A DNA stretch of 32,000 nucleotides, taken from contig NZ_CP118164.1 of the NCBI RefSeq assembly GCF_028748185.1, positions 3,403,814 through 3,435,813 of the forward strand, read 5' to 3'. Position numbers and translations under genes: made by a program. Every line of letters begins with the position of its first letter. The stretch's first letter is position 1. Under the pieces are notes generated by a model that was not told the origin of the DNA, searched no databases, and saw only the letters and a list, made by a program, of their open reading frames with translations. This DNA comes from Bremerella sp. P1. GTDB lineage: Bacteria > Planctomycetota > Planctomycetia > Pirellulales > Pirellulaceae. Shown piece by piece: positions 9,432 through 18,517 of the stretch.

Positions 9432-10295
9432 CTACTTGTTCACGCCAATCATCTTCATCGCATCTTCCGCCTTTTTAGCCGACTTTTCGAGGAAGTCGGG
9501 AGCGAAGTCTTTCGATTTGCCCAGGTCAGACCGGATCGATCGAAGGAAGTTCAGGGCGATGTTTTCGTTTACGGCGTGCGGAACAAGGCCGACCGCGCCG
9601 CCACCGGCATGTGTACGGAAATCGCCTTCATTTTGAAAGCGAGTTATGCCTACCTTGGCGGCCAGGTTGTGGGGCCGAAGCAAGGAGACCAGGTCATTCA
9701 TGAACGCGTTCTCCTGACGTCCACCGCCACCGTTGGTATGGCGAAGTCCCAACGGCCATGCTGGCGATGGAGAAGCCAAGGAGTAAACCCGTACGTATTT
9801 CAGCGCTGCCGAACCAAAGACACGTTCGATAAAGAACAACGCGTTCGAGGTGATCAGGTTCCCTTGGCTGTGGGCGACGATCAGCGTATTGCGCCCATAG
9901 TTATTCGCGACTTCGCGAAACAAGGTGACCGTAGCCTGATTCCAGACAAACGCACCTTTGATCGTTTCTTCGACAATCTTTTGGACTTCGTCGTTTCGAA
10001 GCGTCTTCCCTGGGACGAGTTTCCGGTTGCCAAACATTCGAGCCGTGGCATTTTGCGTGTAATCGAGTACGCATTGCCCCATGTCCAAGATTGCTCCGTT
10101 GGACAAGTTGTAAACACCGTAGACCGGGTGTTCGCAAACAATCGACAGAAGCGACGCCGTCAAGGCATGGTCTTTGGCACTGTTGCGAATTCCGTTGACG
10201 TAATACAGCCGAGGCGTATTCACCGGGATGTTCAACAAGTTGTACTTGTTGACCTCCCCATCTTTGTTCGGGACCGTAGGAATCGTAGGAGCCAT
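9432..10295 (-). CDS. Putative cytoplasmic alpha/beta-hydrolase-like protein
   Basis: RLYYVNGIRNSAKDHA... and GRNTLIVAHSQGNLITSNALFF, a nucleophile elbow (A-H-S-Q-G). No signal peptide. Confidence 0.65.
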   Translation of the reverse strand: MAPTIPTVPNKDGEVNKYNLLNIPVNTPRLYYVNGIRNSAKDHALTASLLSIVCEHPVYGVYNLSNGAILDMGQCVLDYTQNATARMFGNRKLVPGKTLRNDEVQKIVEETIKGAFVWNQATVTLFREVANNYGRNTLIVAHSQGNLITSNALFFIERVFGSAALKYVRVYSLASPSPAWPLGLRHTNGGGGRQENAFMNDLVSLLRPHNLAAKVGITRFQNEGDFRTHAGGGAVGLVPHAVNENIALNFLRSIRSDLGKSKDFAPDFLEKSAKKAEDAMKMIGVNK

Positions 10296-10720
10296 CGCTA
10301 GAGTTCCTCGGGAGTTTCAATTGTGGAGAAAAGGGTGAAGTTTGCTCTTCTCTATTACCCATCATATCAGGAGCTATCGATCATTAACGAACGAATCAGT
10401 GTTTGGTTGCCCAGATTTTTTGGGAATCGGGGAAATTCGTTGTGAGGTTGTCTCCGCTGCTCAAACGAGGACCTGCCTGGCGGCAAATAACGATACCTGT
10501 TTCTAGTTCGCAATGCTTGTTTTGCGTCATATTTGTGCCGTGCTTTATGAACTGGATTACTGAGAATCGTTCAGAAAATGGGGCATTGAACTGGGGCATG
10601 GAATAATGACAGTTTTTATGATACTTGTTTTGCGACATGTGAAAGAGGAATTCACGCGGGAGATAGACTAACCTAACACTCTGAAGGCACATCCCCGTTC
10701 GCCAAGCGAGTATCCGGCCC

Positions 10721-12019
10721 ATGAGCACAGCAACCGTTCGCACTGCCAATTCTCTTTCTGCTTTCGTTGTCTTGGGATGCCTGATGGCCGTCGGATCGGT
10801 CACTCAGGCCGAGCCAATGGATACTACGCAGGGTTGGCGGTTTGATCTTGGTAAAGGGCCGGCAGCGCCAGGATACGTGCAGGTACCTGCGTCACAGCGC
10901 CTGGATGAAGAACATGACTTTGGCTTCGACCTCGATTCAAAGCCTCGCGGACTTAAGCGTTCGACGAGCGATCTTCTTCGTGGCGATTTGGTAACGAGCG
11001 ACCAACCTTTCTTTTTCTCGATGAAGCTACCGGAAGGTAACTACCAGGTGACGCTTACGCTTGGTGATCCCGAGGAAGCGACATCGACCTACGTGAAAGC
11101 AGAGTCGCGGAGGCTGATGCTCCCGAAAGTGGAAACCAAGCCGGGTGACTTCGTGCAGGCAACGTTCACGGTGAATACGCGTACACCCATGATCCTCGGC
11201 GACGACCACGTCCGTCTGAAGTCGCGCGAGCATGGCGTACTGCACTGGGACGACAAGCTGACGCTCGAGTTCAGTGGCAAGCGTCCTGCGGTGTGTGCCA
11301 TTGAAATAACCCCGAACACGGAAGCGGTGACGGTCTTTGTTCTGGGGGATTCAACAGTCGCCGACCAGCCCCAAGAGCCGTGGAACAGCTGGGGGCAGAT
11401 GCTCACACGGTTCTTGGGGCCAGGGGTGGCAGTGGCCAACCACGCCGAATCTGGCGAGTCGATTAAAAGTTCTCTCGGAGCGCGACGCGTCAAAAAGGTC
11501 CTCACCTCGCTTAAGGAAGGGGACTACGTCCTGGTGCAGTTCGGGCACAACGACATGAAGGACAAAGATCCGGATGCCTTGGCCAAGTACAAAGCAAACT
11601 TCCAGCAGTTGATCGACGATGTTCGGGCCAAGGGGGCCCATCCGGTGCTCATAACTTCGATGGCACGCAAGGCCGGCGTCGAGCGCCCCACCCTGAAAGA
11701 TTACCCCGATACCGTCCGGGCGATTGCCCAAGAGAAGGACGTTCCATTGATCGATCTGAACATGATGAGTGTCACGCTTTATAAAGCTCTCGGGGACCAG
11801 CTCGACGCGGCTTTTCAAGACGGAAGCCATCACAACGCGTTTGGCAGCTATCTGCTGGCCAACTGCGTGGCGGAAGGAATTCGCGAGAATGTCCCTGAGT
11901 TGGCCAAGCATCTGCGAGCAGATGCCACGCCGTTCGACCCGAGCAAGCCGATGTCGCCGGAGGCCTTCGATGTGCCGGCGAGTCCAAGCGTTGATCTAAC
12001 GAAGCCGGACGGCAGTTAG
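10721..12019 (+). CDS. SGNH/GDSL hydrolase, rhamnogalacturonan acetylesterase-like, with an N-terminal beta-domain
   Basis: Signal peptide; TVFVLGDSTVADQP (block I), GESIKS, VQFGHNDMKD (block III) and DGSHHNAFGSYLLA (block V). Confidence 0.87.
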   Translation: MSTATVRTANSLSAFVVLGCLMAVGSVTQAEPMDTTQGWRFDLGKGPAAPGYVQVPASQRLDEEHDFGFDLDSKPRGLKRSTSDLLRGDLVTSDQPFFFSMKLPEGNYQVTLTLGDPEEATSTYVKAESRRLMLPKVETKPGDFVQATFTVNTRTPMILGDDHVRLKSREHGVLHWDDKLTLEFSGKRPAVCAIEITPNTEAVTVFVLGDSTVADQPQEPWNSWGQMLTRFLGPGVAVANHAESGESIKSSLGARRVKKVLTSLKEGDYVLVQFGHNDMKDKDPDALAKYKANFQQLIDDVRAKGAHPVLITSMARKAGVERPTLKDYPDTVRAIAQEKDVPLIDLNMMSVTLYKALGDQLDAAFQDGSHHNAFGSYLLANCVAEGIRENVPELAKHLRADATPFDPSKPMSPEAFDVPASPSVDLTKPDGS

Positions 12020-12020
12020 C

Positions 12021-13121
12021 CTACCGGCCAAAGTGCTGCTTGAGAAACGTCAGTGTTTTGTTGTTCGACCACACATGACCTCCCTCGAAGAAATCGGTGT
12101 CGACGTTTTCCGGCTGCCCGAGGACCTCGTAAACCTTCTTAAGACGTGCGTATTCCTTCCGCGCACCGTCGATCGGGAAGATGGGATCGTCGATACCATT
12201 GATCAGCAAGACCGGTCGCGGCGCGTATAGCCCGACCACATCCGCCATCTCTCCTTCTCGCATGATTCCTGGCAGGGTGTTGCAGATGCAGTGATGAATG
12301 GCATAGATGGACTGGCGGTATTCAGAGAAGGCTCCCGCGATCATGACCAGTTTCACTCGCTCGTCCAGAATCGGCAGGTACATGGTCAACGTGCCACCGC
12401 CAGACAGGCCACACGCTCCGATTCGCTCGGCATCGACTTCGTCTTGCGTCTGCAGGAAGTCGATCACTCGCATCGCATCCCAGCAGCGAATGCCTTGTGG
12501 CGTCATGCCCATCAGAAAGGCATTCATCGAGGTTTCGTAGCAACTTCGCGGCGGAGACTTCACGCCTGGGTCTTGTCGCCCCACCGTTTCATTCCAACCG
12601 CGTACGACGATCGCCGCCGTGATGTAGCCGTGCTCGGCCATGTAAACCGCATAGTCGAGGGCACTGTCGTCAGTCTTCTTCTTTTGAGCCGGCGTTTCGT
12701 TCAGGCGGATGTACGGATCGATACCACTATGTCCATGCAGGCAGACAATCGCCGGCGTTTTTCCCTGAAGCTCGTGCGGGACGAAGTAATAGACCGGTGC
12801 CCAATAGTTCCGCTCGGTATGCACGTAAATCTTATGCCGCGTGAACTTCTCGAACTTCTCCTCTTCGGTCCATTTTACTTCCAGCGGAACGGCTTCCGGC
12901 ATCTCGCCTAAGAGGTCAACCACGGTGGCGTGCATCTTCTTCCTCCACGCTTCATGCTGCTCGGGAGTCGTCGCGTTATATAGCTGGGCGGGAATTACCT
13001 GGTGGCCGAGAAGCTCGAAGCTGTGGGAAACGTTGTTGTCTTTAGGAAATTCCTGGGCTGTAGCGATTGAGGAAGAAAGCGCAATTGCACAGAGGAGCGT
13101 GGCGATGCGAAACGCGTTCAT
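12021..13121 (-). CDS. Secreted alpha/beta hydrolase (acetyl-xylan-esterase / dienelactone-hydrolase-like)
   Basis: Signal peptide MNAFRIATLLCAIALSSSIATAQ; PAIVCLHGHSG, GACGLSGGGTLTMY nucleophile elbow, PVLLINGIDDPIFP and EGGHVW. Confidence 0.86.
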   Translation of the reverse strand: MNAFRIATLLCAIALSSSIATAQEFPKDNNVSHSFELLGHQVIPAQLYNATTPEQHEAWRKKMHATVVDLLGEMPEAVPLEVKWTEEEKFEKFTRHKIYVHTERNYWAPVYYFVPHELQGKTPAIVCLHGHSGIDPYIRLNETPAQKKKTDDSALDYAVYMAEHGYITAAIVVRGWNETVGRQDPGVKSPPRSCYETSMNAFLMGMTPQGIRCWDAMRVIDFLQTQDEVDAERIGACGLSGGGTLTMYLPILDERVKLVMIAGAFSEYRQSIYAIHHCICNTLPGIMREGEMADVVGLYAPRPVLLINGIDDPIFPIDGARKEYARLKKVYEVLGQPENVDTDFFEGGHVWSNNKTLTFLKQHFGR

Positions 13122-13213
13122 AGGTAGGATCTCTGGCGGGAACAGGGAGGGATCGTTCGATACTAACTTGCCAGACTTCGCTGGTGATTGAAAGTGTTAT
13201 TCAATTGCACCAA

Positions 13214-13246
13214 CAAAAAAATGCCCACGCGCTAGACGTGGGCATT
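13214..13246 (-). terminator. Intrinsic terminator of the PhoH-family gene
   Basis: 10-bp perfect stem AATGCCCACG/CGTGGGCATT next to an A7 run (T7 on the minus strand), about 30 bp beyond the stop. Confidence 0.8.
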
Positions 13247-13275
13247 CGAGTGAACTTCGTGATTCGTAGACCGCA

Positions 13276-14619
13276 CTACAGCAGTTCGCTGGCGATGTCT
13301 GCCAGTTCCGAACGTTCGCCTTTCTCAAGCGAGATGTGAGCGTACAGGTCTTGCCCTTTCATGCGGTTGATCATGTACGACAAACCGTTGGACAAACTAT
13401 CCAGGTATGGATGGTCGATCTGGTTGATGTCGCCGGTGAAGACGATCTTGGTCCCCTCGCCTGCCCGGGTGATGATGGTCTTCACCTCGTGTGGGGTCAG
13501 GTTCTGGGCTTCGTCGACAATCATGTACATCCGCTGCAAGCTACGTCCGCGAATGTAGGCCAGCGGCGTAATGACCAGCTTTTCCTGCTCCAGCATACGG
13601 TTGATACGCTGGGCTTCTTTGTCGGTATCGTTGAACTGATGCCGGATCACTGAGAGGTTGTCGAACAGCGGCTGCATGTACGGATCCATCTTCGCCGAAA
13701 TATCGCCAGGCAAATAACCCAGGTCTCGGTTGGAAAGAGGAACGACCGGCCGAGCCAACAAGATCTGGCGATACGCCGATGAGCAAGCCAAGGCCGACGA
13801 AAGCGCGAGCAGTGTCTTACCGGTACCGGCCTTGCCGGCCAGGGTGACCAGCTTGATGTTGTCATCCATCAATGCCTTGATGGCGAACACCTGCTCAGCG
13901 TTGCGCGGCTTGATGCCGTACGGGCTGTACTTCTCGATTCGCCGCAGGACTTGTTCTTCGTGGTTGAAGGTCGCCAGAACCGACTTCGATCCGTTTCGCA
14001 GGACGAAGTTTTCGTTAGCGATCGGATCGCTCACTTCGGGAAAATCTTCCAGGTGAACGTTGCCAGAGTCCTGGTAGAAACGATCGATTTGTTCGGTCGT
14101 GATGTTCTCGAGGGTTCGGCGACCCGAGTAGAGGCTGTCGAAACTCTCGATCTTGTCGTTGATATAGTCTTGTGCCTGAAGGCCAAGGCTCTTAGCTTTC
14201 ATCCGCAGATTCACGTCCTTGGTGATCAGGATCACACGCCGATCGTTGACGTAACGTTGCAGATGGAGGGCCGTGTTCAGAATACGATTATCAGGCGAGT
14301 CGTGGAGAAAAACCTGATGGAGGCGAGCGTCTAATTCGTTGGTGATGATGACTCGGAGGCGGCCTTGTTCTTCGCCTAATGTGGCCCCTTCTTCAGAGAG
14401 TAGATCGCCGGTCATTTGGTCGATCTGGCGAAGAAACTCGCGGGCCTGGAAATTGATGTCCTCGTTGCCTTTTTTGAAGCGATCCAACTCCTCGAGGACG
14501 GTGATGGGCAAGGCCACATCGTGCTCCTCAAAATTTTGGAACGATCTTGCATCGTGCAAGATAACGTTGGTGTCGAGAACGAAAAGCTTCAACTGCGTCT
14601 GCACCGACTGACTAATCAT
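13276..14619 (-). CDS. PIN domain plus PhoH family ATPase
   Basis: N-terminal PIN domain ([11 protein letters not shown]..., [12 protein letters not shown]), C-terminal PhoH ([76 protein letters not shown]). Confidence 0.93.
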   Translation of the reverse strand: MISQSVQTQLKLFVLDTNVILHDARSFQNFEEHDVALPITVLEELDRFKKGNEDINFQAREFLRQIDQMTGDLLSEEGATLGEEQGRLRVIITNELDARLHQVFLHDSPDNRILNTALHLQRYVNDRRVILITKDVNLRMKAKSLGLQAQDYINDKIESFDSLYSGRRTLENITTEQIDRFYQDSGNVHLEDFPEVSDPIANENFVLRNGSKSVLATFNHEEQVLRRIEKYSPYGIKPRNAEQVFAIKALMDDNIKLVTLAGKAGTGKTLLALSSALACSSAYRQILLARPVVPLSNRDLGYLPGDISAKMDPYMQPLFDNLSVIRHQFNDTDKEAQRINRMLEQEKLVITPLAYIRGRSLQRMYMIVDEAQNLTPHEVKTIITRAGEGTKIVFTGDINQIDHPYLDSLSNGLSYMINRMKGQDLYAHISLEKGERSELADIASELL

Positions 14620-14695
14620 GCGTTCTCCGTTTGCACGGGACCATGGGCACGCGAGAGTGAAATGCCGAGTCGAAGGGCAACTGTGCGTCCCTTGT

Positions 14696-14728
14696 GGTCA
14701 CAATCCATTGCTTAGCTGGATTGTGACC
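14696..14728. repeat. Perfect 11-bp inverted repeat GGTCACAATCC-(11 nt)-GGATTGTGACC
   Basis: Read directly from the sequence; lies between the divergent phoH-type gene and the 15125 ORF, 77 bp upstream of the phoH-type start codon. Confidence 0.85.
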
Positions 14729-15124
14729 GAGGTGCCATCCTGGGAAAAGCCCGCTTTTTCCATGTCGTAACATTTTCAGGAAAATAGGCGAACTGCAGGA
14801 AATGGCCCCTCTGAGTATCTTCCGTGCGTTAATTGATTATACCGTATCGGACATATCCCTGTTTCTCAGGTTCGTCTCGTTTTAGCACTTAGACCTTTTG
14901 CACCAGTGACGTAACGTCTACTTACGAGAAACTTTGCGGAACCTTCGCCAGAATTTTGCCTCTCCGGAAAGTCTACCCAGGTGGACAGCGCAAAGATCGA
15001 AAAACTCCGGTCTTTGAGTTGCCGCCTATTGGGGGCAATGCCTACAATCGAGCAATACATGGAAGCGGTTTCGCGGATGGTTGCGAGATCCAAGTCGTGC
15101 ACCTTTTGAGACGAAAGGTTCTCA

Positions 15125-16639
15125 ATGGATTATGCGTCGATTCTGGCTCGTTACATCGGCAGGGAAGTTTATGTATCGACATTTGGCCACGTTCGCTTAC
15201 GTGGAGAATTGGTCGCAGTTTACGAAGACTGCGTCCGTCTAATTAATGCCTCGACTTCGCAAGAGTCTGAGGATGCCCCTTGGTCTAGTTCGGTGACGGA
15301 CTTTGGTGATGATGGACCCCAAACGGACGGCTCGGAAGCCCTGGTCCACTTTCATCACATTGTCGCGATCCGCTGTGCGGATGACGAATTGCTAGATGTT
15401 CCGGTGCTGCCGGAATTCAGTGCAGAGTCGTCTGAACCGATGGTCGAGAATGACACCACCACAGCCCAAGGGAGCACGCAGGAACCTTGGGAAGCGTTCC
15501 TCGAAGTGGATCGTTTAACCCTGGAATTGGGGCAAAAACTGGTCAAACTCGTGCATCCCGAGTCAACGGACATCATGCAGCGGACCTCTGCGATTCGCTG
15601 TCATTTGGCCGATTCGTTGGGGATGGTGATTCCGAGATTGCGCCTGCGTGATTCGCTTGATTTAGGGGATCAGGAATACCGAATCCTCATCGATCAATAC
15701 GAGGTCGCTCGCGGCCGACTGGGCCCTGGACAGTATCTGGCCCTCGACATGGGAACCTCCAGCGGAACGTTGCAAGGCGTCCGCGGGATCGATCCTACGT
15801 TTGGTGGACCAGGTATCTGGATCAAGTCCGATCAGCAGCAAGAGGCCGAGCAACTTGGCTATCTGGTTATCGATCCTTCGATGCTGGTGATTACGCATCT
15901 GCAGGAAACCTTGCGGCGACATGCCCACGAGATTCTGACGCTGGGCGACGTTCGTGAAATGCTCGAACGGCTGCGGGATCGCTCGCCGGGCGAGTTCGAC
16001 GAGATTCGCTCGAGCCCGATGACAGTGTCCATGTTGCACGCAGTTTTACGGCGATTATTAGAAGAAGGGGAGTCGATCAAGAACTTCTCGCGAATCGTCG
16101 AGATTCTGGCCCTGCACGGACACCGCAATCAAGACATTGAATCGCTGGTCGCGATGGTCCGCGTCCGACTCGGACGACAGTTAGTCCAGCGCTATATCGA
16201 TTCGGATGGGAAAGTCCATGCGATCGGTCTCGACCGAGAGTTGGAAGCTCCCCTACTGCAGATGAGCGACGAAGACGCTGGTCGGCACGTACGCGGCTGG
16301 ATGGAACGTCTTGTCGACGTATTGCGTGAAGCGTTCAATCGGCTCGACGAACAACAGCGACCGGTCGCGGTTATCGTTTCGTCCGATCTGCGGAATCGCT
16401 TGTGGCAAATCCTTTCGCCTCACTTCCCGCAGGTTACTGTCCTGAGCCTGGCGGAGATTCCGCGGGGGACCGACATCTACTGGCAGGTGATCATTTCGCC
16501 GGAAGAGGTCGGAGCCTTGGAAACGGCCGTCAAACGCCCACAGCACCCGGCGGTCGCGAAGGACACCACCTATCGTCCGAGCAAGAGCAAGATGTCCGAG
16601 CACATGGCGGAAGAATTGCCCCCGCGTCGGCCACGTTAA
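15125..16639 (+). CDS. Soluble protein with Sm-like N-terminus and FHIPEP (FlhA/SctV) cytoplasmic C-domain
   Basis: DYASILARYIGREVYVSTFGHVRLRGELVAVYEDCVRLINA...FHHIVAIRC (Sm-like pattern), followed by TLELGQKLVKLVHPESTDIMQRTSAIRCHLADSLGMVIPRLRLRDSLDLGDQEYRILIDQYEVARGRL..., GPGIWIKSDQQQEAEQLGYLVIDPSMLVITHLQETLRRHAHEILTLGDVREMLERL and SMLHAVLRRLLEEGESIKNFSRIVEILA, the FlhA_C signature. No TM segment. Confidence 0.85.
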   Translation: MDYASILARYIGREVYVSTFGHVRLRGELVAVYEDCVRLINASTSQESEDAPWSSSVTDFGDDGPQTDGSEALVHFHHIVAIRCADDELLDVPVLPEFSAESSEPMVENDTTTAQGSTQEPWEAFLEVDRLTLELGQKLVKLVHPESTDIMQRTSAIRCHLADSLGMVIPRLRLRDSLDLGDQEYRILIDQYEVARGRLGPGQYLALDMGTSSGTLQGVRGIDPTFGGPGIWIKSDQQQEAEQLGYLVIDPSMLVITHLQETLRRHAHEILTLGDVREMLERLRDRSPGEFDEIRSSPMTVSMLHAVLRRLLEEGESIKNFSRIVEILALHGHRNQDIESLVAMVRVRLGRQLVQRYIDSDGKVHAIGLDRELEAPLLQMSDEDAGRHVRGWMERLVDVLREAFNRLDEQQRPVAVIVSSDLRNRLWQILSPHFPQVTVLSLAEIPRGTDIYWQVIISPEEVGALETAVKRPQHPAVAKDTTYRPSKSKMSEHMAEELPPRRPR

Positions 16640-16660
16640 CGCAGCGAAGTAAACTTCAAG

Positions 16661-16704
16661 AGATGGCTACCGCCGGCTTCGGCGGTGGCCATCTTTCGTT
16701 TCTT
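16661..16704 (+). terminator. Strong intrinsic terminator of the 15125 gene
   Basis: 14-bp arms AGATGGCTACCGCC / GGCGGTGGCCATCT (one G-T wobble), 6-nt loop, then the T-rich TTTCGTTTCTT. Confidence 0.85.
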
Positions 16705-16712
16705 GACGCCCG

Positions 16713-17231
16713 CTAGTCTTCCAGTGCCTTACGTTCCTTCGGGTCAGGTACGACGTACGAGTCGACGATTTCCGATCTGCCCGGCGAGCTAGTGTAGGTG
16801 TGCGTTTCGCCATCCACGGTGGTCGTGGCCTGGATGTGGAACTTCGACTTGGCCCAGTTCAGGAAGCGTTTCTTCATCCATTCGCGGCAGGGCGGAATGA
16901 GCAAAGCGAAACCCAGCCCGTCGGTCAGCAGTCCTGGCGTCATCAAGAGAGCACCGGCCGCGAAGATCATCGCGGCGTCAGCCATCGCGCTGCCGGGCAT
17001 CTGTCCGGTCGCTAGCTGCGATTGAATCTTCTGCCAGGTCGAAAAACCTTGGCTGCGTGCCAGAAGCGTTCCCAGGATGCCAGTGAACAGCACGATGCCC
17101 AGCGTCACCAACCACCCTTCGTACTGGGCCAGCCACAGCAGCAAGGTGAGTTCCAGCAAGGGAACGGTGACGAAGAGAGCGAGTAGTATAGCAAAAACTT
17201 GAATGGTTCTAATCCGTGTTGAAAGGAGCAA
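16713..17231 (-). CDS. FxsA family membrane protein
   Basis: PLLELTLLLWLAQYEGWLVTLGIVLFTGILGTLLARSQG...GALLMTPGLLTDGLGFALLIPPCREWMKK. Confidence 0.9.
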   Translation of the reverse strand: MLLSTRIRTIQVFAILLALFVTVPLLELTLLLWLAQYEGWLVTLGIVLFTGILGTLLARSQGFSTWQKIQSQLATGQMPGSAMADAAMIFAAGALLMTPGLLTDGLGFALLIPPCREWMKKRFLNWAKSKFHIQATTTVDGETHTYTSSPGRSEIVDSYVVPDPKERKALED

Positions 17232-17282
17232 ATCGCCTACGGGAATGATAACACGCAGTTATTCGTCGCCAATCGCGGAAGC

Positions 17283-18446
17283 TTAGAAACGAAGTTGCCC
17301 GAGGGCCTCCACCAACGTGTCCAGGTGCTGCTGCGTGTGCCCCGAGGAAAGGCTGATTCGCAAGAGACACTCTCCGTCAGGCACCGAAGGAGGCCGAATG
17401 CCGGGGACCAGCATGCCGCGTTCAAACAACTTGGCAGAAAGCTCCATCACCAAGGCTTCTGTTCCGACGATCACCGGAATGATCTGGCTGTGACAGTCTC
17501 CCAGGCTCCAGCCTTGCCCTCGCAGTTCGTTTCGCAGAAACTCGGCACTGGCCATCAATTTTTGTCGACGCTCAGGCTCGTGCTGCACGATCTGCAGCGC
17601 GGCAACCATGGCCGCCGAATTGGCCGCCGGGGCGGCTGTCGAAAAGACATAAGGCCGCGAGCGATTCACCAGGTAATCGATCAGCATCTGGCTGCCAACG
17701 ACAAAGCCGCCATGTCCACCCAGCGCCTTGCTGAACGTCCCGACTCGCACTGGCACCCGATCTTCCACGCCGAAGTGTTCGCACAGGCCGTGACCATGCT
17801 GACCGAACACGCCGGTCGCGTGGGCTTCGTCGACCATCAGCATTGCTTCGTACTGTTCGGCTAGATCGACCAGTTCGGTCAGAGGAGCAATCGTGCCGTC
17901 CATGCTGAAGAGCGTATCGGTCACGATCAAGCGCCGCCGAAACGAGCCGCACTGCTTCAGTAGGTTTTCCAGGTAGTCGACGTCACGGTGAGGATAAACG
18001 CGAACGGTCGCTTTAGAAAGCCGCGTGCCGTCGATGATGCTGGCGTGGTTCTTCTCGTCGCTGAGGATCACATCGCCCCGATCGGTCAGCGCGTCGATTG
18101 TGCCGGCGTTGGCGGCAAAGCCGCTGGAAAACGTCAACGCGGCCTGGGTGTCTTCAAAGCGAGCCAGCTCTGCTTCAAGCCGGGCGTGCTCGCTGCCCCG
18201 GCCGGTGATCAGCGGACTGGCACCACTGCCCCACCCTTCGGCGACGATGGCCTTTTGTGCCGCATCTTGAAGACGAGGGTCAGCGGCCAGATCAAGATAA
18301 TCATTGCTGCCGAAGTTGATCAGGTGGTTCTCTTTCCACGAGACGGTGGCTCCCTGCTGGGTGGAGCGCACGTGGATCGCGCGCCGGCGCTCCATCGCAT
18401 GGAGCAGATCAAGTTGTTCGGGAATCCAAGCCAGAGAATCAAACAT
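17283..18446 (-). CDS. bioF: 8-amino-7-oxononanoate synthase
   Basis: NFGSNDYLDLAADPRL, GWGSGASPLITGRGSEHARLEAELARFE, DEKNHASIIDG, VDEAHATGVFG and GTFSKALGGHGGFV (PLP lysine). Confidence 0.9.
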   Translation of the reverse strand: MFDSLAWIPEQLDLLHAMERRRAIHVRSTQQGATVSWKENHLINFGSNDYLDLAADPRLQDAAQKAIVAEGWGSGASPLITGRGSEHARLEAELARFEDTQAALTFSSGFAANAGTIDALTDRGDVILSDEKNHASIIDGTRLSKATVRVYPHRDVDYLENLLKQCGSFRRRLIVTDTLFSMDGTIAPLTELVDLAEQYEAMLMVDEAHATGVFGQHGHGLCEHFGVEDRVPVRVGTFSKALGGHGGFVVGSQMLIDYLVNRSRPYVFSTAAPAANSAAMVAALQIVQHEPERRQKLMASAEFLRNELRGQGWSLGDCHSQIIPVIVGTEALVMELSAKLFERGMLVPGIRPPSVPDGECLLRISLSSGHTQQHLDTLVEALGQLRF

Positions 18447-18517
18447 GGGTTACTCGCGAAATAGAGGTCTACTCTTATTATTTCGCAAGCACGCCGATCG
18501 CTCAAACGGGCTTGACC

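Noticed and set aside
9282-10301. 339-aa plus-strand ORF.
   Set aside because: The opposing 287-aa minus ORF has a credible hydrolase motif (VAHSQGNL) and a hairpin after its stop; the plus ORF has no recognisable motif.
12291-12911. 206-aa plus-strand ORF.
   Set aside because: Antisense to the alpha/beta hydrolase, whose catalytic motifs are intact.
15125-16639. Interpreting the FlhA_C-like gene as a remnant of a degraded flagellar operon.
   Set aside because: The ORF is intact at 504 aa, has its own novel N-terminus and a strong dedicated terminator, and there are no other flagellar fragments in the window. It cannot be fully excluded without the flanking genome.
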